From Pseudobacteriovorax sp. (GTDB taxonomy: Bacteria > Bdellovibrionota_B > Oligoflexia > Oligoflexales > Oligoflexaceae): DNA of 64,000 nucleotides. The notes beneath the pieces are model-generated. The model was not told the origin of the DNA. It worked only from the letters and a program-made list of their open reading frames with translations, and did not search any database. Location of the stretch: contig JBNKNM010000001.1 in the NCBI GenBank assembly GCA_050293845.1, positions 41,552-105,551 of the forward strand, written 5' to 3'. The translations under genes and the position numbers were made by a program. Shown here one piece after another: positions 61,196 through 64,000 of this stretch (positions are counted from its first letter, which is position 1; every line of letters starts with the position of its first letter).

Positions 61196-62166
61196 GGCTC
61201 TGTTCACTTCATGGTGGGTAACCTCATGAAACCCGTCCCCGACAAGCGTGTAAGAGTTGTAAGCGATAGTTCTGAAAACTTCTAAACCCGTAAGCCCTTC
61301 TCTGGACTAGCTTTGCATTACGATTAAAGCCCTCAACGCGACCGTTACTGAACCTTCCATCGAAGTACTCAAGGATCTCGTTTTTCCAGGAAACTATCGT
61401 GCTGCGAAGTTGAACAAGGCCTTCTACTTTTGACATACCCATCTGATAGATGATGCCATTCAATGCTGTCTCGGCTCGCTTTTTCCCACGGATTCGATAA
61501 AGGCGGTGTAAGCTCTCTTTTATCTCATAAACTTCCCGTAATCTGGGATGAAAGTTAAGGAACGTTCCTATGACCTTTCGTTGGTAGGGTTTTAATTTTT
61601 TCGCGTTCCTAAGCAGAAGCTTTCTAATGGGATTTGAACGTTTGTCACCGGTAGCTTCTCGTCGAAATTTATTTACAAGCCTTATGAATAGCCTCTGAAC
61701 ATGAAAGCGATCCGCAACCAGTCTAGCGTTTTGGAATGTTTCCCGGGCGAATGATCTAAAGGTAGGAGACAGATCCAAGATTCCAGAAATAGGTTCCGTG
61801 AAGGGCTTGAGGCAAGGTTTACAATAAAAATGCCGTTTCTTGATCAAAAGATGCACGAACATACCGCGAATGGGTTCGTCTTTGATCCTAACCAGTCTTC
61901 GATCGTAAACGCTGTATAAAGGAGTTGCTCACTTGGGACAAACCTCAAATTTTGAGTCTTTGTACGCTGAATATATGCCGCCACTCCGGCTGAAGCCCTC
62001 ACTGTTTGTAAGTTTTAGTTCAGGAAGAAGTAGAAATCGTGATAGGGTCTTTTCCGATAGCATTGGCACTCCGCTTCTGTTGGCTTTGTCGTGAAAACAA
62101 CCTAGCGAAAGTTAACCTTCATTGCCATTTTTATTGCTCCTTACCCACCATCAACCGACAAGACCC
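61196..62166 (-). mobile_element. Decayed ISL3-family insertion sequence (971 bp)
   Basis: Imperfect 26-bp terminal IRs GGCTCTGTTCACTTCATGGTGGGTAA / GGGTCTTGTCGGTTGATGGTGGGTAA (20/26) flank the transposase remnant. Confidence 0.85.
61224..62063 (-). pseudogene. ISL3 transposase pseudogene (in-frame TGA plus internal deletion)
   Basis: ATG 62063 MLSEKTLSRFLLLP...VCPK* (TGA 61929-61931), continuing in frame to CKPC, ADRFHV, SNGRVEGFN, RRAYGFRSF.NYRL. Confidence 0.88.
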
Positions 62167-62314
62167 AGTTAAACTAGGTATAATCAATCATAAACACAAC
62201 TTCCAGATAACGAGTCAAGATAAGACTTTCATCATTTTTTTTGTGTTCTAGTAGGAATTCTAAGTTAATATATTAGCATAACTAAGCCTATACATATCAA
62301 TAAGGAAGTCGCAT

Positions 62315-62986
62315 ATGAATCGTCTTTTCTGTTTTTTTTCGCTTGGGTTACTATGCAGCTGCGCAGAAGGGGACTTTGGTAGTCCAGCACGAAGTTCTGC
62401 TCTATCAGTTGAAGCACTCATGGGAACATGGAATTCCAGCTGTCAAACAAGCATATTCAATGCATCGTCACGGGACAATCAAAGCTCACTTATGTTTAAT
62501 GATGATAAAGAGCTTATTATAAATACTGAATATTTCGATACCAACAACGGCAGTTGCACAGAAAATTTACTTTTAGTTACAGCTACAGAGCGGTTTTCAT
62601 ACTGGATAAGTAAATCTGAAGAACTAGCCATTCCCGAAAATGCAGCACTCATCATCAGTACAATGACCAACTACAACTTTAACTATGAAAGCCAAACTCT
62701 TGATGTTACTCCTACAGCGATAACATCTACCAATACAGGATCTCAAAAAATTGCAGATGAATTAAATGCCATTGCTTTTTGCAAGCATTCCCATTGGCAA
62801 GACAACACTAAAGTTGTTTTAACACAGCAAAATCCATGTCATAATAATACGCTTCCTCAATTTGCAAAGCTGCGCATAGAAACCTATATTAACGGTTCTC
62901 CTGATGGATTGGCCATAAGCACTTCTTCAACTTTAATTTCCAATCGCCCTGATATCGCTGGGTCTGTAAGCTATACCAAAGAATAA
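62315..62986 (+). CDS. Hypothetical lipoprotein
   Basis: AAGGA RBS; LLCS-C lipobox; GTWNSSC; Asn/Thr/Ser-rich. Confidence 0.65.
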   Translation: MNRLFCFFSLGLLCSCAEGDFGSPARSSALSVEALMGTWNSSCQTSIFNASSRDNQSSLMFNDDKELIINTEYFDTNNGSCTENLLLVTATERFSYWISKSEELAIPENAALIISTMTNYNFNYESQTLDVTPTAITSTNTGSQKIADELNAIAFCKHSHWQDNTKVVLTQQNPCHNNTLPQFAKLRIETYINGSPDGLAISTSSTLISNRPDIAGSVSYTKE

Positions 62987-63025
62987 CTGATATTTACATT
63001 CACCAATTTTAAAAGAGATCTAACC

Positions 63026-63793
63026 ATGAAGAAATTATTGCTACTAGCATTACTACTTATTTGTCCTAATACTTACTCTCAAACAGAAGAACATTCAGTA
63101 GAAACAAATCAGGATACTGAATACCAAATACAAACTCCAGAAAATAAGAATAACTATAGTTTTTATATAGGATCTAGTCTTCCAAGCTTGTTTTCTAATG
63201 GCGAAAACTATTGGGAACTGGGTTGGGCTATGACAGCTCTTGATCGGATAACTCTAGGTATCGGCATGGCTCATAATGTTTCTGATGATAACGGAACTGA
63301 AATTGAGGCTAGCGATGATGAAGATACCCCGCCTACCTTAACCCGAGATGACTCCGAAACAGACAGCTTAACCCTCGGAGTATCTTATCTCAGGAAAATG
63401 ATGACGCGGGGAAATGTTGACCTTCTTTTAGGTATGGGAGTCTCCTATAATAATATCGATTCAAAAACAAAAAAAACTAATGAAAGTTTTAATAACGATA
63501 TTGATGCTAGTACACTCTCTATCACCCAGGATCAAACAATAGAATCAAAGGTCAATTCGTTATTATTTCTACTAGAGTGCGAATATGCCGTACTCAAAGA
63601 TATGAAAATCGGCTTTATTTATACCCTAAGTTATAGTCGTAGTGAAACCTTGACTAAGAATCGCACTGAATCCATTCAAATTTCTGATGGTGTTAGTGTG
63701 GGTGAATCGGATCCAAATATTACCGAAGATAAGAGCGAGTCGAGCGGGTTACTCACTAGCAAATCGGGAATTTTTCTCCGCTACTTCTTCTAA
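63026..63793 (+). CDS. Hypothetical outer-membrane beta-barrel protein
   Basis: Signal peptide MKKLLLLALL; amphipathic strands; C-terminal GIFLRYFF BAM-type signal. Confidence 0.7.
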   Translation: MKKLLLLALLLICPNTYSQTEEHSVETNQDTEYQIQTPENKNNYSFYIGSSLPSLFSNGENYWELGWAMTALDRITLGIGMAHNVSDDNGTEIEASDDEDTPPTLTRDDSETDSLTLGVSYLRKMMTRGNVDLLLGMGVSYNNIDSKTKKTNESFNNDIDASTLSITQDQTIESKVNSLLFLLECEYAVLKDMKIGFIYTLSYSRSETLTKNRTESIQISDGVSVGESDPNITEDKSESSGLLTSKSGIFLRYFF

Positions 63794-64000
63794 GTTTTAC
63801 AAAAAAAATTGTACTGCCAGATTCGATATTTGCAACGGAACCAAGGCACGAGAAAAATACCATAATCAACTATCGTTCATGGGAATATTTTTTATAAAGC
63901 AACGAATCCAATAAAAATTGCATCTATAGACGTCCAGAAAACAAATTTGGATTTTTGACTTATTAATTCCTTGAATTTGCGAAAACAATCTAGAAAATAC

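Noticed and set aside
61929..61931. TGA at a Cys position as possible selenocysteine or recoding
   Set aside because: The gene also has a large deletion, TGA is a normal stop elsewhere in the window, and a structural zinc-finger Cys is an unlikely Sec site; a nonsense mutation is simpler

Overview
This is a gene-dense bacterial chromosome segment. Its gene content (myxobacterial/Bdellovibrio-type T2SS with a PilM-like GspL, stand-alone spdEFG1-type fusA, PrkA, HelD-like helicase, RpoD with a Lys/Ala-rich N-terminus) suggests a Bdellovibrionota/Oligoflexia or related delta-proteobacterial host; this is inference only. From left to right: PIN-PhoH, PrkA, a Cys-rich Fe-S-like protein, stand-alone infC and prs; a six-gene accessory type II fatty-acid/lipid cluster (enoyl reductase, dehydratase, ketosynthase, ACP, acyltransferase, PPTase); frmA-fghA-ChaN; a GT-C + GT2 pair; orphan TolC, a HelD-like helicase, two DUF3047 paralogs and DUF2797; fusA; a three-gene unit with a degenerate GT4-TPR protein; a complete gspC-C-D-E-F-G-H-I-J-K-L-M-N type II secretion operon; aroK, ychF and yajQ; rpsU-dnaG-rpoD and tRNA(CAT); then a decayed ISL3 element and AT-rich envelope genes. 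No CRISPR array, rRNA or prophage was seen. The best candidates for undescribed biology are the dedicated FAS-II/acyltransferase cluster, the twin-GspC T2SS with its neighbouring pseudo-glycosyltransferase unit, an unannotated 54-aa ORF, and an orphan minus-strand terminator that may mark an sRNA. All family calls come from motif recognition by eye; no searches were run.
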